Source: Candidatus Latescibacterota bacterium
GTDB lineage: Bacteria; Krumholzibacteriota; Krumholzibacteriia; WVZY01
Reading direction: 5' to 3'
Assembly (NCBI GenBank): GCA_963791045.1
Contig: CAWBQK010000001.1
Coordinates: 32,001 to 96,000 of the forward strand
DNA: 64,000 nucleotides
Below, in pieces: positions 39,676 through 50,963 of this stretch. Numbering within the stretch: position 1 is the stretch's first letter; each line of letters begins with the position of its first letter. The notes under the pieces were generated by a model. That model made no database searches. It was given only the letters and a program-made list of their open reading frames with translations, and was not told the DNA's origin. Position numbers and translations under genes: made by a program.

Positions 39676-41214
39676 TCATTCCGGGGCGGCCGTATCGGAC
39701 GCGGGCTCCTCACCGGCGCCCGAATCGAAAACGATTTCTCCATCCAGTACCGTCTTGCGAACACCGATGGCGTCGAGGTCCTCGCCCAGCGGGTTCCCCG
39801 AAAGCACGACGAAATCAGCAAGACGCCCCGGCTCGAGTATTCCGGCATTCCTCTCGTGCGCGGCGAGCGCGTGGGGCCGAGATGTGTAACACCCGATGGC
39901 GAGCTGTGGCGTCAGCCGTTCCTCTTCGACCGGATGCTCGATTGCGCCTTTCATCCCGAAAAGCGGTCCGGCAGGCATCCCGTCGGAGCCAAACACGCAC
40001 GGGATCCCCGCGTCGATCATCGACCGGTACGGATTGCACCAGCGATTGCGGTCCTTACCCAACCGCCTCTCGTTGAGGCCGGCCGGGCCGCCCCAGTTGC
40101 GGATAAAATTGGGTTGGAGAGACACGAATACCGGCGCGGATTTGAGGCTTTCAATCTGGGCCGTGCCGGCAACTTCGCAGTGTTCCATACGGAAAAGATG
40201 GCTGTCGGCCGGAAAAGTCTTGAAGACAGCTGCCGCCTGGTCGATCGCGCGGTCGCCGATCGCGTGAATGGCGAGCACATATCCGTTCTCCGAGCATTCC
40301 TCGCCCAGAGCACGGATGACTTCCTTGCGCATGAGAAGCGTGCCCCAACCGCTACCGTCCGCATAGTCGGCGTTTAGCGCGGCGGTACGCCCGCCTAGCG
40401 ATCCGTCGAGAAAGCTCTTCAACCCCGCGAGCCTCAGGTCTTTCGCCCCGGATTCCTCGCATGTCCGACGGTAATATTCGAGATGACGGGGTGTCGAATG
40501 GAGCAGGACATCGATCCTGAGCGGAACGGACGACGAAGCGACGCCCTTTGTGTAGATCTCGAAATTTTCCGGTTCCACGATGTCGTGAATCGTGGTGATA
40601 CCCAACTTGTGCAGATCCCGGATCGCCTCTTCAATGCTCGTAATGACACTTTCGGGTTCGGGCGTCCAAAGCCTTCCCGCTTCCCATAGCGCATGCTCGA
40701 CGACCGTTCCCGAATCCTCATCGATAAGATCGGGGCGTTTGGGCATACGACCGAGAAGAGTCGAATTCAGCACACCAACGTGTCCGCAAATCCGTCTCGC
40801 CAACACCGGTTTGTCCGCATTGACACCGTCGAGCATTACCCGTGTCGGGAGCCCCACCTCCTGCCAGCGGCTCTCATCGAAGTCGACACCCATAATAAAT
40901 GATGCGTCGGGATTTTCCGCCGCCCAGCCGGCAAGCAGTTCGCACACACCACGCGCCGACGTGGCGCTCGACAAATCGCAACGAAGCTTGTTGAGCGCAA
41001 CCGCCGTCAGATGGATGTGTGTATCGACAAAACCCGGCAGGACAAAGCCGAGGTCGAGATCTACACGTTCGACATCGTCTCCGAGATCATCGGGCATCGC
41101 CGCCCCGGGGCCGACAATCGCCTGGATCTCGTTGTCCGAAACAACCAGCGACGCCCTTTCGAAATCTCCGACCTCCGTATACACCCAGCCGTTTTCAAAA
41201 ATCTTTTTATTCAT
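39676..41214 (-). CDS. Amidohydrolase-3 (YtcJ-like) metal-dependent hydrolase
   Basis: LPGFVDTHIH, KSFLDGSLGGRTA, HAIGDRA, RMEHC, FGSD, GRLADFVVL; start approximate. Confidence 0.9.
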   Translation of the reverse strand: MNKKIFENGWVYTEVGDFERASLVVSDNEIQAIVGPGAAMPDDLGDDVERVDLDLGFVLPGFVDTHIHLTAVALNKLRCDLSSATSARGVCELLAGWAAENPDASFIMGVDFDESRWQEVGLPTRVMLDGVNADKPVLARRICGHVGVLNSTLLGRMPKRPDLIDEDSGTVVEHALWEAGRLWTPEPESVITSIEEAIRDLHKLGITTIHDIVEPENFEIYTKGVASSSVPLRIDVLLHSTPRHLEYYRRTCEESGAKDLRLAGLKSFLDGSLGGRTAALNADYADGSGWGTLLMRKEVIRALGEECSENGYVLAIHAIGDRAIDQAAAVFKTFPADSHLFRMEHCEVAGTAQIESLKSAPVFVSLQPNFIRNWGGPAGLNERRLGKDRNRWCNPYRSMIDAGIPCVFGSDGMPAGPLFGMKGAIEHPVEEERLTPQLAIGCYTSRPHALAAHERNAGILEPGRLADFVVLSGNPLGEDLDAIGVRKTVLDGEIVFDSGAGEEPASDTAAPE

Positions 41215-41360
41215 GGCAATATTCCAGCAGTCTAGTTTTTTTTGGGCCATAAAAGTTCGAGGCTCCTGATCAAGGAGCCTCGTTCCCATTCCCGGTAAAT
41301 GCTGTTCCGGTTGGCTTGACTCGAGCACTCCACCGTCGATGCTCTCACAAGCCGATACTT

Positions 41361-41717
41361 CTAATCAATATGATTTGCTTCCGGTGGAAAACGGCGGGTT
41401 TTCAGCAAATTCCCTTCTTTATCAAACCAGTATTCGACACCCACACTGTAGTACTTCCAACGCTCGGTCTGTCGGCCGGCGGAATTGTAACGGAGACGGT
41501 GCGGGGTATACCCCAAAGTGTCGAAAATAACTAATTTATCGTTCTTCAGATTTTTACGTAACGACATTCGTCGCACGTACTTACGTCCCCTCTTGCCACG
41601 CTGGTGCTTCATGCCGTCCGGATAGGTTCTGGGCTCGCGATCGAGCCGCCCACCCGCGAAGACAGAGGTGCTAAGAAGGAAGATAAGTCCTAATCCGAGC
41701 AGAAATGCTCGTTTCAT
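41361..41717 (-). CDS. Small basic secreted hypothetical protein
   Basis: AAGGAG RBS; signal peptide MKRAFLLGLGLIFLLSTSVFA. Confidence 0.65.
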   Translation of the reverse strand: MKRAFLLGLGLIFLLSTSVFAGGRLDREPRTYPDGMKHQRGKRGRKYVRRMSLRKNLKNDKLVIFDTLGYTPHRLRYNSAGRQTERWKYYSVGVEYWFDKEGNLLKTRRFPPEANHID

Positions 41718-41892
41718 GGCCTTTGCTCCTTGATGCTTGCCTGTAGATGAGGCCAATTGAGTTTGATGCCTAATTGTACCACAGAATCGCCCGCAAAAGC
41801 AAGCATAAGAAGAGGTTTAGAAACGCGTAACACCGCAAGGATATGCGGAGTTCTTGGGTTCATCATCCAGTTAACGCAAGGTCATTCCCGCA

Positions 41893-41932
41893 AAGAAAAC
41901 GGCCGCCGGACGTACTCGATGTCCGGCGACCG
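41893..41932 (-). terminator. Intrinsic terminator
   Basis: cggccgccggac...gtccggcgaccg stem followed by a U-tract on the minus strand. Confidence 0.6.
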
Positions 41933-41961
41933 CTGAAGGCTTGATCCGCCCAAAATACCGC

Positions 41962-44439
41962 TTATTTCAGAAGGATCATTTTCTTCGTCAGCGTCTCCTT
42001 GCCCGCCTTCAACCGGTAGAAATAGACCCCCGAAGCCACCGGATTCCCGTTGGCGTCCGAGCCGTCCCAGGAATACTGCTTCAGTCCGGCGGCAAGATCC
42101 CCCCGGACGAGTGTCCTGACTCGCCTGCCGTCCGGTGAATAGATCGTGAGATCGGCGGCTCCCGCCTCAGGTAGAACGAACGAAATCGTCGTCGTCGGGT
42201 TGAACGGGTTCGGATGATTCTGGTTGAGCGCGAGCGCGTGCAATTTCGCCGTCACCGACTCGGGCGCCGACATCGCCTCCGACCCATCGGCAAGCACAAC
42301 GGCCAGAGTGTAAGTGTATGTCTCTCCCCCGCTCACGCTGTCGTCGATATACGATCTCTTGTCGGGTGAAATCAACCCAAGCGGATTCAGCACAGCCCCG
42401 AATCCTCGGTCGCCGTCTCCGCGGTAGATCCGATAGCCATCGATCGCCTCATCGGCGAAAACATCCCAGGCAAGTTCGACTCCCGCATTGATCGCGCGCG
42501 CCTCGAACGCCGTGACAAACACCGGGGTCGGCGGTGGCGTAAACTCAACAACGTAGACGCCCCCCGACCCATCAGACACATACGCGTCATACGAGGCCGA
42601 CACAACCACCCCTTCCGCGAACGATCCGGTTCTATAGTAACCAACGAGAGCCGGGTTTGTCGGATCGGCTACGTGAAACACCATCAATCCATCAAAGCCG
42701 GCGGCAACAAAAACATAGTTGCCCATCATGGTCACATCCTCACAATTCCCGACGTAGTAGGACCAAACCTCCGAAGTGTTCTCCGGATCCGAAACATCGA
42801 TAACCCTGAAAAGACTCCCATCCCCAAGGTAAGCGTACCCCCCATTAACATGAACGGCGGTCGCCCGTCCCGGTGAATCGAAAAAACCGACCTCCACCGG
42901 CGAAGACGGCGTGGAGACATCGACTATTCGCAGCCCCGCGGTGTTGGCGCAAACATATGCATACGCGCCTTCCACATGGACCCCTGGGATGTCGTCGGAC
43001 GCCGAGAAGTTTCCCACCTCGCCCGGCGAGAGCGGGTTGGTGATGTCGATGATACGCAAACCCTCCGTCCGATCCGCGACAAAGGCGTGCACACCATCGA
43101 TACATACGTCTTCCGCAAATCCAGGCGTATCATAGACGCCGACCTCGCTCAAGCTTGTCGGGTCCGTGCAATCGAGAATCCTCAATCCGCCCGAATACGC
43201 GGCGACATACACGTAATTGCCATCCACTTCGACATCGTACATATTCCCCAGCGTCTCGTACGTCTCCACTTGATACGGGTTCCCCTTGTTCGAAACATCG
43301 AGGACACCGACGCCGATAGAACTTCCGGCGACAAAAAGGTGGTTTTCCTTGAGGGCAAGGCCGCGGGATGAGCTCCACGTATCGTGGAATCCGATCCTCG
43401 ACGGCGAAGACATCGTTGTGATGTCCACCGCCTCGAGCCCATCCCTAACCGCCACGTAGGCACGGTTCCCCGCAATGGCCACCTTCTCCGGATACCCCGG
43501 CGTGACCAGAGCCCCCAACAACGAGGGACTCGCTGGCGTTGACACGTCGACGGTGTGGTAGTCCCCCCAGCCGTACGCGAGATGGGCCGTGGTTCCGACA
43601 ACGGTAACACCGTAGGCGACACCGCCGGGCGAGTAGAATCCAATTTCCGACGGGCTCGAAGGCGTAGAGAAATCAATGACCCTCAGACCCGCGCTGCCGT
43701 CTGCCACGAAGGCCGTCGTTCCGACGACGTCAACGCCGGTGGCCGTTCCAGAAGTGTCGTATATACCGAGTTCGGACGGCGAGGTGGGATTCTTCACGTC
43801 GAGAATCAACAAACCGCCGTTTGCCTGCGCGGCGAGCACCAGTGTATCCGCCGTGGCAACCCCATAGGTATAACTGACCGTGTCGAATTCTCCGATTTCG
43901 ACGGGTGCGGCCGGGTTCGAAATATCGATCACGCGAACGCCCTTGAAATGATCCCCGACGTACGCGTAGTTACCGTCGACAGCAACACCGTAGGCCGTTC
44001 CCGGTGTGTCGACGGCGCCGATCTCGTACGGATTCGCGGGGTCCGAAATATCGACAATTCGAAGCCCCTCTCGGGAGTTGGCGACATAGGCGTAATCGCC
44101 GGCGAGACGAATCTCGTAGATTACTGACGGTAAATCGACATGTCCGATGACGACGGGTGTCGCTGGAATCGAAAAGTCAATAATCTCGAGGCGACAACCG
44201 TTGCCCGCAACAACGGTGTCACCAGGGGCGGCCACCGCGTAGCACGGGCCTTCCGTCCACCGCCCCCACAGGTTGACATTCCACGATTCTCCGGCAGCCG
44301 GCAGCGGCCTTTCCGGAGGAGTCGCAAGATAATGATCGCGGTACGGATCCATTACCTCATCTGGGCCGGCGGCAATCGCCGATGTGGCTGCGATGGCCAA
44401 AACGGCCAAAATCAAAACGGTCAGTCTCGCAGTTTTCAC
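41962..44439 (-). CDS. LVIVD-repeat beta-propeller protein with FlgD-Ig/T9SS-type C-terminal domain
   Basis: About 14 repeats of YAYVA...GLR(I/V)(I/V)D(I/V)SxP; NHPNPFNP...SGVYFYRL...KKMILLK*. Confidence 0.9.
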   Translation of the reverse strand: MKTARLTVLILAVLAIAATSAIAAGPDEVMDPYRDHYLATPPERPLPAAGESWNVNLWGRWTEGPCYAVAAPGDTVVAGNGCRLEIIDFSIPATPVVIGHVDLPSVIYEIRLAGDYAYVANSREGLRIVDISDPANPYEIGAVDTPGTAYGVAVDGNYAYVGDHFKGVRVIDISNPAAPVEIGEFDTVSYTYGVATADTLVLAAQANGGLLILDVKNPTSPSELGIYDTSGTATGVDVVGTTAFVADGSAGLRVIDFSTPSSPSEIGFYSPGGVAYGVTVVGTTAHLAYGWGDYHTVDVSTPASPSLLGALVTPGYPEKVAIAGNRAYVAVRDGLEAVDITTMSSPSRIGFHDTWSSSRGLALKENHLFVAGSSIGVGVLDVSNKGNPYQVETYETLGNMYDVEVDGNYVYVAAYSGGLRILDCTDPTSLSEVGVYDTPGFAEDVCIDGVHAFVADRTEGLRIIDITNPLSPGEVGNFSASDDIPGVHVEGAYAYVCANTAGLRIVDVSTPSSPVEVGFFDSPGRATAVHVNGGYAYLGDGSLFRVIDVSDPENTSEVWSYYVGNCEDVTMMGNYVFVAAGFDGLMVFHVADPTNPALVGYYRTGSFAEGVVVSASYDAYVSDGSGGVYVVEFTPPPTPVFVTAFEARAINAGVELAWDVFADEAIDGYRIYRGDGDRGFGAVLNPLGLISPDKRSYIDDSVSGGETYTYTLAVVLADGSEAMSAPESVTAKLHALALNQNHPNPFNPTTTISFVLPEAGAADLTIYSPDGRRVRTLVRGDLAAGLKQYSWDGSDANGNPVASGVYFYRLKAGKETLTKKMILLK

Positions 44440-44669
44440 GGGAACCCCCTTCGTTGCTCGTGGGACATGCTGAACGTGCACCTGTCAGGATACAACGTAA
44501 CCTATAACGCGTCAACAAATTAGAGACGACCGACTTCCCAGAAATGTTTTGTCGTACTGTTCCCCGTTCTTCCCGGTTGTGGGGCAAAAGGCCGCATACG
44601 GCACAACAATTGCTCCATCTTGTGCGGTTCGTGTCTAAACCACTAAAAACTTACCAGATTAGAAGCGCC

Positions 44670-46492
44670 ATGAATCCGATCACAATACGAAAAATCACCT
44701 TCACGATCGACGCCGTCGCGCGGATCCTCGAGAAAGCCGGTCTGCTCAACGCCGTCCAGGCGTCCGATGTCCTCCAGACGGGAAAGAAAAAGGAATCAAC
44801 ACTCAAACGGGCGCTACGCACAAAAGACACCGACAACCCGTTCGTGTCGCCGATTGAAACCATCGCCGCGTTCGGTTTCCCAAGCGCCAATCCACGCAGA
44901 AAGATTCTCGCCGAAGACGAGATATGCGAGGCTTTCTCCCGATTGACGGAAGTGCCCTTCGAACGCATCGATCCGTTGAAGCTCGACGCGCGATCCGTTT
45001 GTGAAATCCTCTCAAAACCTTTTGCCCGTAAAAACCTGCTCGTCCCGATTCGTCTCGAAGGCGGCGGCTTGACAGTCGCGATGGTGAATCCATTCGACAA
45101 GCAAACGATCCACTGGATCGAGGATGTCACCGGCCTGCAGATCCAACCCACGCTGGGGCTGCGTCATGAAATTTTTAAAACCATTAACGAAGTTTTTGCG
45201 TTCGAACACAGCTTGATAAAGGCGGAGAAACTCAGAGGCCACGTGCCCGACCTGGGCAACCTCGAACAACTCGTCGACCTTGCGAGCGGACACGAGATCG
45301 AAGCGTCGAACCACCACGTGGTCAATGCCGTGGACCTGCTGTTTCAGTACGCGTACGACCAGCGGGCCAGCGACATCCACGTTGAACCCAAGAGAACACA
45401 CGCCGAAGTCAGGCTTCGGATCGACGGCCGGCTTCACACCACGCACTCGATCCCGAAACCGGTGTATCCGTCGTTGGTATCGCGGATGAAGATTCTCGCG
45501 AGGATGGATATCGCCGAAAAGCGCAAACCCCAGGACGGGCGCATCAAAACCAAATTCAAAGACACCGAAATCGAACTCCGTGTGTCGAGCGTTCCGATGG
45601 CGTTTGGGGAAAAGATCGTTATCAGGATCTTCGACCCCAATGTTTTGATGCAGGACCTCTCCGGGCTCGGGATATTTCCGGAACAGCTCACAGATTCTCA
45701 AAAAATGTCTCGGCCACCCGCACGGGATTATTCTGTTGACCGGACCTACGGGCAGCGGCAAAACGACGACACTCTACTCGGCACTCCGTTTTCTCGCTTC
45801 GCCCGAGGTGAACATCACAACGATCGAGGACCCGATCGAGATGGTCTACGAGCCTTTCAACCAGATCGCCGTCCATAACCAGGCGGGGCTTACATTCGCA
45901 AGCGCGCTTCGAAACGTCCTCCGTCAGGATCCGGACATCATCATGGTGGGTGAAATCCGCGACCGCGAAACCGCCGAATACGCGATCCAGGCCGCGCTCA
46001 CCGGGCATCTCGTTTTTTCAACCCTGCACACGAATACGGCGTCGGGCGCGATCACCCGTCTCCGCGATTTGGGGATCGAACCGTTCCTCCTCGCGTCGAC
46101 GCTTCTCGCCGTCATCGCACAACGGCTCCTCCGCAATGTCTGCAAAGCGTGTGACGTCCCCGCCGAGATCTCCGCCGAATCAAAACGGCTCATCGGCGTC
46201 GACAAACCCGGAATCGACCAGACAGGCTACCGCAAAGGTGAAGGTTGTGAGTCGTGCAGAAACACGGGGTACAGCGGACGCACGGCCATCATGGAGACTC
46301 CTCGAAGTAACCGAGACAATCCGGACGCTCATAAGAGACGGCGCCGACGATCAGCAGATCGAAAATGCTTCTCGCAAAGCCGGAACACAGCCGCTCATGG
46401 TAAGCGCCGCGCGAAACCTGCTCGCCGGGAAAACAACCACGGAGGAGATCTTCCGCGTGGTTCCGTTGACAGGATCGACGCCCAGGAAATAA
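44670..46492 (+). CDS. GspE/PilB family secretion ATPase (two frameshifts)
   Basis: ASDIHVEP, MDIAEKRKPQDGR, TGPTGSGKTTT, TIEDPIE, LRQDPDIIMVGEIRD, TGHLVFSTLHTN, CxxC pairs. Confidence 0.93.
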
Positions 46493-46555
46493 AAAAAGGC
46501 CCCACCGTTGAATCGGCAGGACCTTTCTCCAATTCTTTTCAAAGAACAGCGTGGC

Positions 46556-47204
46556 CTATTCTTCCCAACGACCCACTTTGCCGTTGATCACATAGATGTA
46601 CTTGCTCCGCTTGGCCTCTTTGTACACCCACTGCTCTTCCTTCTCGGATCCGATTTCGCTGACGCGAACCTCATCGGGAAATCCCCATGATTCCTGCGCG
46701 GCGTCCGCCGCCATCCCGGCAAACACATCGTGATTGATCACGGCCTGCGCCGTGCGTTTCTCCCCACTGCCGAATGTAATCGACATGTCTCAACGTGGGA
46801 TCCTTGAACCAGAAAATCTCGGTCAGACGCGTTTCAATCTTTTCCGGCGTCAGAGGGCGCTCGATATCGAGGGCCACCGAGATTCGTTTTCCCGTCGGGT
46901 CGTCCACCGTCACCGCGCCGTTATAAACATAGAAGAACTCGACGATCGTGACCTTTGTGTCCCTGAGGATAATCTTCTTCTTGGGCTCTCCCGGCACCTC
47001 CACGCGCTCGGACAAGTCTTCGAGGACCGCCCGCGTCCATGCGTGTTCGCCTATGAACTTTTCATTGAGCGCAAGTTGGTCTTCGAGCGCAACATCCTTG
47101 ACCACGACTTTACTGACCTTTTTCATGCTCTTGAAGCCGCTGCACCCGGTGACACCGACCGCTACAACTAACACGACCAACGCGATCACTATGTTCTTCA
47201 ACAC
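46556..47204 (-). CDS. Lipoprotein, hypothetical (frameshift near 46760)
   Basis: GGAGG RBS; lipobox VTG-C; C-terminal GM...SWGFPDEV...EQWVY SmpA/BamE-like pattern. Confidence 0.65.
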
Positions 47205-47269
47205 GTCAAACCCTCCTGATACGGCTGAACCTTCAAATATGGTGGGGGGCAATCAAAACCATTGCAACA

Positions 47270-47647
47270 CTAATATACCGCTTCAATATGTCGGACGACC
47301 ATTTGGCTCAAATCGTGTTCCGCGTCAATTACCACCAGATCCACCCGCGGAGACAACGACGAATGCTTCCTGCCCATGGCCCCGGTAAGCGCCTCCTGAA
47401 TCCTCGACAACTTGCGTCGGTCGACCGCTTCGATGGCGCGGCCGTATGGCGCTCCGCATCTCAGTTTTACCTCGACGGCGACCAGCCACGATCCCGTACG
47501 GGCGAGAATATCGATTTCCCGTCCCGCGTAAACGAAGTTTCTTCGAAGAATCTCGAAGCCTTTTAATACCAGGAACGATTCGGCAATCCGCTCACCGAGC
47601 TCGCCCCGACGTCTGGTGTTCACCCCGCACCTCCTCATCCTCACCAT
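47270..47647 (-). CDS. yraN: YraN family endonuclease-like protein (UPF0102)
   Basis: GELGERIAESFL..GFEILRRN..REIDIL..VEVK. Confidence 0.9.
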   Translation of the reverse strand: MVRMRRCGVNTRRRGELGERIAESFLVLKGFEILRRNFVYAGREIDILARTGSWLVAVEVKLRCGAPYGRAIEAVDRRKLSRIQEALTGAMGRKHSSLSPRVDLVVIDAEHDLSQMVVRHIEAVY

Positions 47648-47662
47648 CCCATCAAGGAAATC

Positions 47663-48373
47663 CTAAAACAGACGCGGCGTTTTCTCAACCGTTTTCACAC
47701 GGTAACTTTTTCTGTGGGCGGCGATCATCCCGTGCCGCTCTATCGCCTCGATATGCTCCCTCGTGCCGTACCCCTTGTTTCTCAAGAAATTATAAACCGG
47801 GTACCTGTCGTGAAGCCGTCGCATCATCCTGTCCCGCGCCACCTTGGCCACTATCGAAGCGGCCGCAATTGCCAGGCTCTGTCTGTCGCCGCCGATGATC
47901 GGAATAACTTGAGTGGTGGAATCGACCCGGTCACGGCCGTCAACCAGGATTATCGACGGTTCCAGCTTAAGGTTGCCCGCCGCGCGCGCCATTGCGATCA
48001 GCGTGGCATTCAGGATGTTTTTGTCGTCGATGAGTGTGGGGTGCCCGATGCCGATACCAACGGCGAGAGCCTTTTCGACGATTGTGGAAAACACGGTTTC
48101 CCGCTGTTTTTCGGAAAGCCGTTTGGAGTCGTCTACTCCAACGAGGTTTGAATCCGGAGGAAGAATCACCGCGGCGGCAACAACGGGTCCGGCCAGGGCC
48201 CCTCTCCCGGCCTCGTCGAGACCGGCGAGTTGCCGTTCACCACCCGGGCGATGTTTCACGTCAAAAGCCTCGAGACGAGCGTACGTTTCGAGCGACCTTT
48301 TCCGAAAAATACCGCTACTTTGCCTTTGTCGGGCGGGGTGTTTTCTTCTCTGGGATTCGAGCCGCTTTCCCAA
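47663..48373 (-). CDS. rnhB: Ribonuclease HII (start uncertain)
   Basis: [43 protein letters not shown]. Confidence 0.95.
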   Translation of the reverse strand: MGKRLESQRRKHPARQRQSSGIFRKRSLETYARLEAFDVKHRPGGERQLAGLDEAGRGALAGPVVAAAVILPPDSNLVGVDDSKRLSEKQRETVFSTIVEKALAVGIGIGHPTLIDDKNILNATLIAMARAAGNLKLEPSIILVDGRDRVDSTTQVIPIIGGDRQSLAIAAASIVAKVARDRMMRRLHDRYPVYNFLRNKGYGTREHIEAIERHGMIAAHRKSYRVKTVEKTPRLF

Positions 48374-48686
48374 CGAGATCTCTCAAATAGTAGAGCTTGG
48401 CGCGCCTGATCTTCCCGCGTCGCGTCACGGTAATCTCTCTGACATTGGGAGAGTGAAGGGGAAAAACCCTTTCGACGCCAATTCCGGAACTGATTTTGCG
48501 CACTGTGAATGTCTCGCGCGCACCGCCGCCACGCCGCTGGATAACAACACCCTGGAATGCCTGCTGGCGCTCCTTGCCTCCTTCGACGACACGAACGAGC
48601 ACACGGACGGTATCCCCGATACCGAATTCGGTCACGTCTTCCTTGAGATATTTTCTTTCGATTCTGTCCATCGTGTTCATCTTCAT
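48315..48686 (-). CDS. rplS: 50S ribosomal protein L19
   Basis: [49 protein letters not shown]. Confidence 0.98.
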   Translation of the reverse strand: MKMNTMDRIERKYLKEDVTEFGIGDTVRVLVRVVEGGKERQQAFQGVVIQRRGGGARETFTVRKISSGIGVERVFPLHSPNVREITVTRRGKIRRAKLYYLRDLVGKAARIPEKKTPRPTKAK

Positions 48687-48711
48687 GCCTCCCAATAATG
48701 ATTCCGCCGTT

Positions 48712-49404
48712 TTAGTTATTTTTGTCCAACAAATCAGGTCGCATTTCTTCTGTTCTTTTCAGCGAGGATGCCTTCCTCCATTTTTCGATTTCCTTATGAT
48801 GCCCCGAGATCAGTACGTCCGGAACACGCTCACCGCGATATTCGACAGGCCGCGTATAATACGCGCAGTCCAGCAGATAGTCACGTTCTTTTTCGAACGA
48901 GTCGGACTCCCATGTATCCTTGTTGCCGAGAACATCGTCCTGGAGCCTCACGATCGCCTCGATACAGACACCGGCGGCGAGTTCTCCGCCGCTCAGTATA
49001 AAATCTCCTATCGAAACGTCATCGGTAACGACCAGGTCTCTCACGCGCTCGTCGATTCCCTTGTATCGACCGCAGACGAATGTAATCTCATTGAGCGCGG
49101 CGTACTCGTGCGCAAGAGTCTGATTGAACCGTCGTCCGCCGGGGCTCAAAAGAACCACCGGGCTCCCCTCGGATATTTCGAGGGCTTCTACCGATTCGAC
49201 GAGCGGCGGAGCCATCAGAATCATCCCACCCCCACCACCGTACGGCTCGTCGTCTACAGTTTTGTGTTTGTCTTTGGCGTAGTCTCTCAGATTTACAACG
49301 TTGTATGTCACGAGCGACTTTTTTGCCGCAATCCCCAACATCCCCATCCCCAGAATATTCTCTACGACGTCGGGGAAAATTGTGATGACGTTGATTCTCA
49401 TCAA
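48712..49404 (-). CDS. trmD: tRNA (guanine37-N1)-methyltransferase
   Basis: [37 protein letters not shown]. Confidence 0.97.
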   Translation of the reverse strand: MMRINVITIFPDVVENILGMGMLGIAAKKSLVTYNVVNLRDYAKDKHKTVDDEPYGGGGGMILMAPPLVESVEALEISEGSPVVLLSPGGRRFNQTLAHEYAALNEITFVCGRYKGIDERVRDLVVTDDVSIGDFILSGGELAAGVCIEAIVRLQDDVLGNKDTWESDSFEKERDYLLDCAYYTRPVEYRGERVPDVLISGHHKEIEKWRKASSLKRTEEMRPDLLDKNN

Positions 49405-49408
49405 TTCC

Positions 49409-49927
49409 CTATCCGTCGATCAAACCGGGTATCGGCCTGATTACGATTTCTTTCGTGTCTTCGTCGAGCGAGATAACGAATTCGGAAATCGCCGGAAACA
49501 TAAAGTCCCCCGATTCTCCGGTCACCTCGTAGACATCGTGCGCGGGCGAAAAAATAACCGAGGAAACCGTTCCGAGCACATTGCCCTCTTCGTCTTTAAC
49601 GGTCATTCCCACTACCTGGAACGGGCGGCGCTGCTCGGGAAGATCGATGTCGATATTGTCGATGTCTACGATAATGTCCGTTCCGACAAGCGCTTCCGCG
49701 GAGTTCCGGTCCTTGACCCCGTCGAACGTAAACACGTAACAGTTTTTGTGCGGACGAAAGTGCTTTATCGCGAAGGGTCCTTCTTCAACACCTTCGGCAG
49801 TTTCCCGCCTGAACGTGAGTTTTTTGGAACCGAGCACGTCGTCCCAGAAATCATCGGTAGGGTTGAATTTGACTTCACCCCGTATCCCGAATGCCTTGAC
49901 CAGACGGCCGATAATTACGTCCGTCAC
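49409..49927 (-). CDS. rimM: Ribosome maturation factor RimM
   Basis: IGRLVKAFGIRGEVK, DRNSAEAL; operon position. Confidence 0.93.
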   Translation of the reverse strand: MTDVIIGRLVKAFGIRGEVKFNPTDDFWDDVLGSKKLTFRRETAEGVEEGPFAIKHFRPHKNCYVFTFDGVKDRNSAEALVGTDIIVDIDNIDIDLPEQRRPFQVVGMTVKDEEGNVLGTVSSVIFSPAHDVYEVTGESGDFMFPAISEFVISLDEDTKEIVIRPIPGLIDG

Positions 49928-49938
49928 GGTGACCGTCC

Positions 49939-50193
49939 TTATTCTTTTATTTCAAATATAATCTTGTCGCCGGCCTTCGACGCCGCCGCGTTGACCAGGG
50001 TTCTGATCGCCCGCGCCGTCTGACCGTTCTTTCCAATCACCTTGCCGAGATCAGCCGAACTAACCGAAAGTTCCATTACGGTGTAGTTCTCTTTTTTTGA
50101 TTCGGAGACCTTTACGTCTTTGTCTTCCTCCACGAGGGAGGACGCTATAAATTCGATAAGCTGCTTGATTGTCGTCTTGTTGACTTCAGGCAT
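49939..50193 (-). CDS. khpA: KH-domain RNA-binding protein
   Basis: DLGKVIGKNGQTARAIRTLV between rpsP and rimM. Confidence 0.9.
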   Translation of the reverse strand: MPEVNKTTIKQLIEFIASSLVEEDKDVKVSESKKENYTVMELSVSSADLGKVIGKNGQTARAIRTLVNAAASKAGDKIIFEIKE

Positions 50194-50238
50194 ATCCTCA
50201 ATCCGTTTGGTTCTGCGTTGATGTGAACGATAAATTCT

Positions 50239-50925
50239 CTATTCGTCTTTCTTGGGCTCCGAAGACTCCGCACTTTCAGGCTCCGAAGACTCCGCACCTT
50301 CGGCAGCAGGCTCGGGAGCGGGCGCAGGTTCGGCTGTTGCCGTTTCAGGAGCCGCGGGAGCTTCCTCAGCCACAGGAGCCTCAACCGCTTTGTCTTCGGT
50401 CGCGGGAGCTTCGGCAACGGGTTCCGCAGCCTCTGCTTCGGCTGCTTCGGCCGCTTTGGCCTCTTCGGCCGCCTTAGCTTCTTCAGCCGCCTTGGCTTCT
50501 TCGGCTGCCTTGGTCGCGTCGGCCTCGGTCTGGGCGGCTTCCTTGGCGAGCATCTTCTTTGATTTCTCTCCGCTCTTCGCCATATCCTTGCGCTGCGCGG
50601 TCGCGATACGCTGATTCTTGATCGCTTCTACTTTTGCTTCGAGTTCTTCGCCGGTGACGCCGGCTTTCACCAGGGTCCACTTCTGAAGCGTTCCGGTTTG
50701 CTTGAGAAGACTTGCCGCGCTCACTGTGGGCACAGCGCCGTTGCCGAGCCACTTGAAAAGGGCTTCTTCGTTAATATGGATATCGGCGGGCATCGTCATC
50801 GGGTTGTAATAACCAACCGTCTCGAGGAACCGGCCATCCCGGGGCATTCTCGAGTCGGCAGCGATCAATCGATAAAAAGGTCTTTTCTTTGAGCCCATCC
50901 GTTTGAGTCTGATTTTCACGGACAT
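50239..50925 (-). CDS. rpsP: 30S ribosomal protein S16 with long Ala/Glu-rich C-terminal extension
   Basis: [48 protein letters not shown] repeats. Confidence 0.97.
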   Translation of the reverse strand: MSVKIRLKRMGSKKRPFYRLIAADSRMPRDGRFLETVGYYNPMTMPADIHINEEALFKWLGNGAVPTVSAASLLKQTGTLQKWTLVKAGVTGEELEAKVEAIKNQRIATAQRKDMAKSGEKSKKMLAKEAAQTEADATKAAEEAKAAEEAKAAEEAKAAEAAEAEAAEPVAEAPATEDKAVEAPVAEEAPAAPETATAEPAPAPEPAAEGAESSEPESAESSEPKKDE

Positions 50926-50963
50926 TGAACACACCTCCATGTGCCAAAACGTATCATTTCATT

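Noticed and set aside
42540-44250. Periodic ~125-nt repeats resembling an array
   Set aside because: Degenerate protein-level LVIVD repeats; no identical DNA direct repeats with spacers, so not CRISPR.
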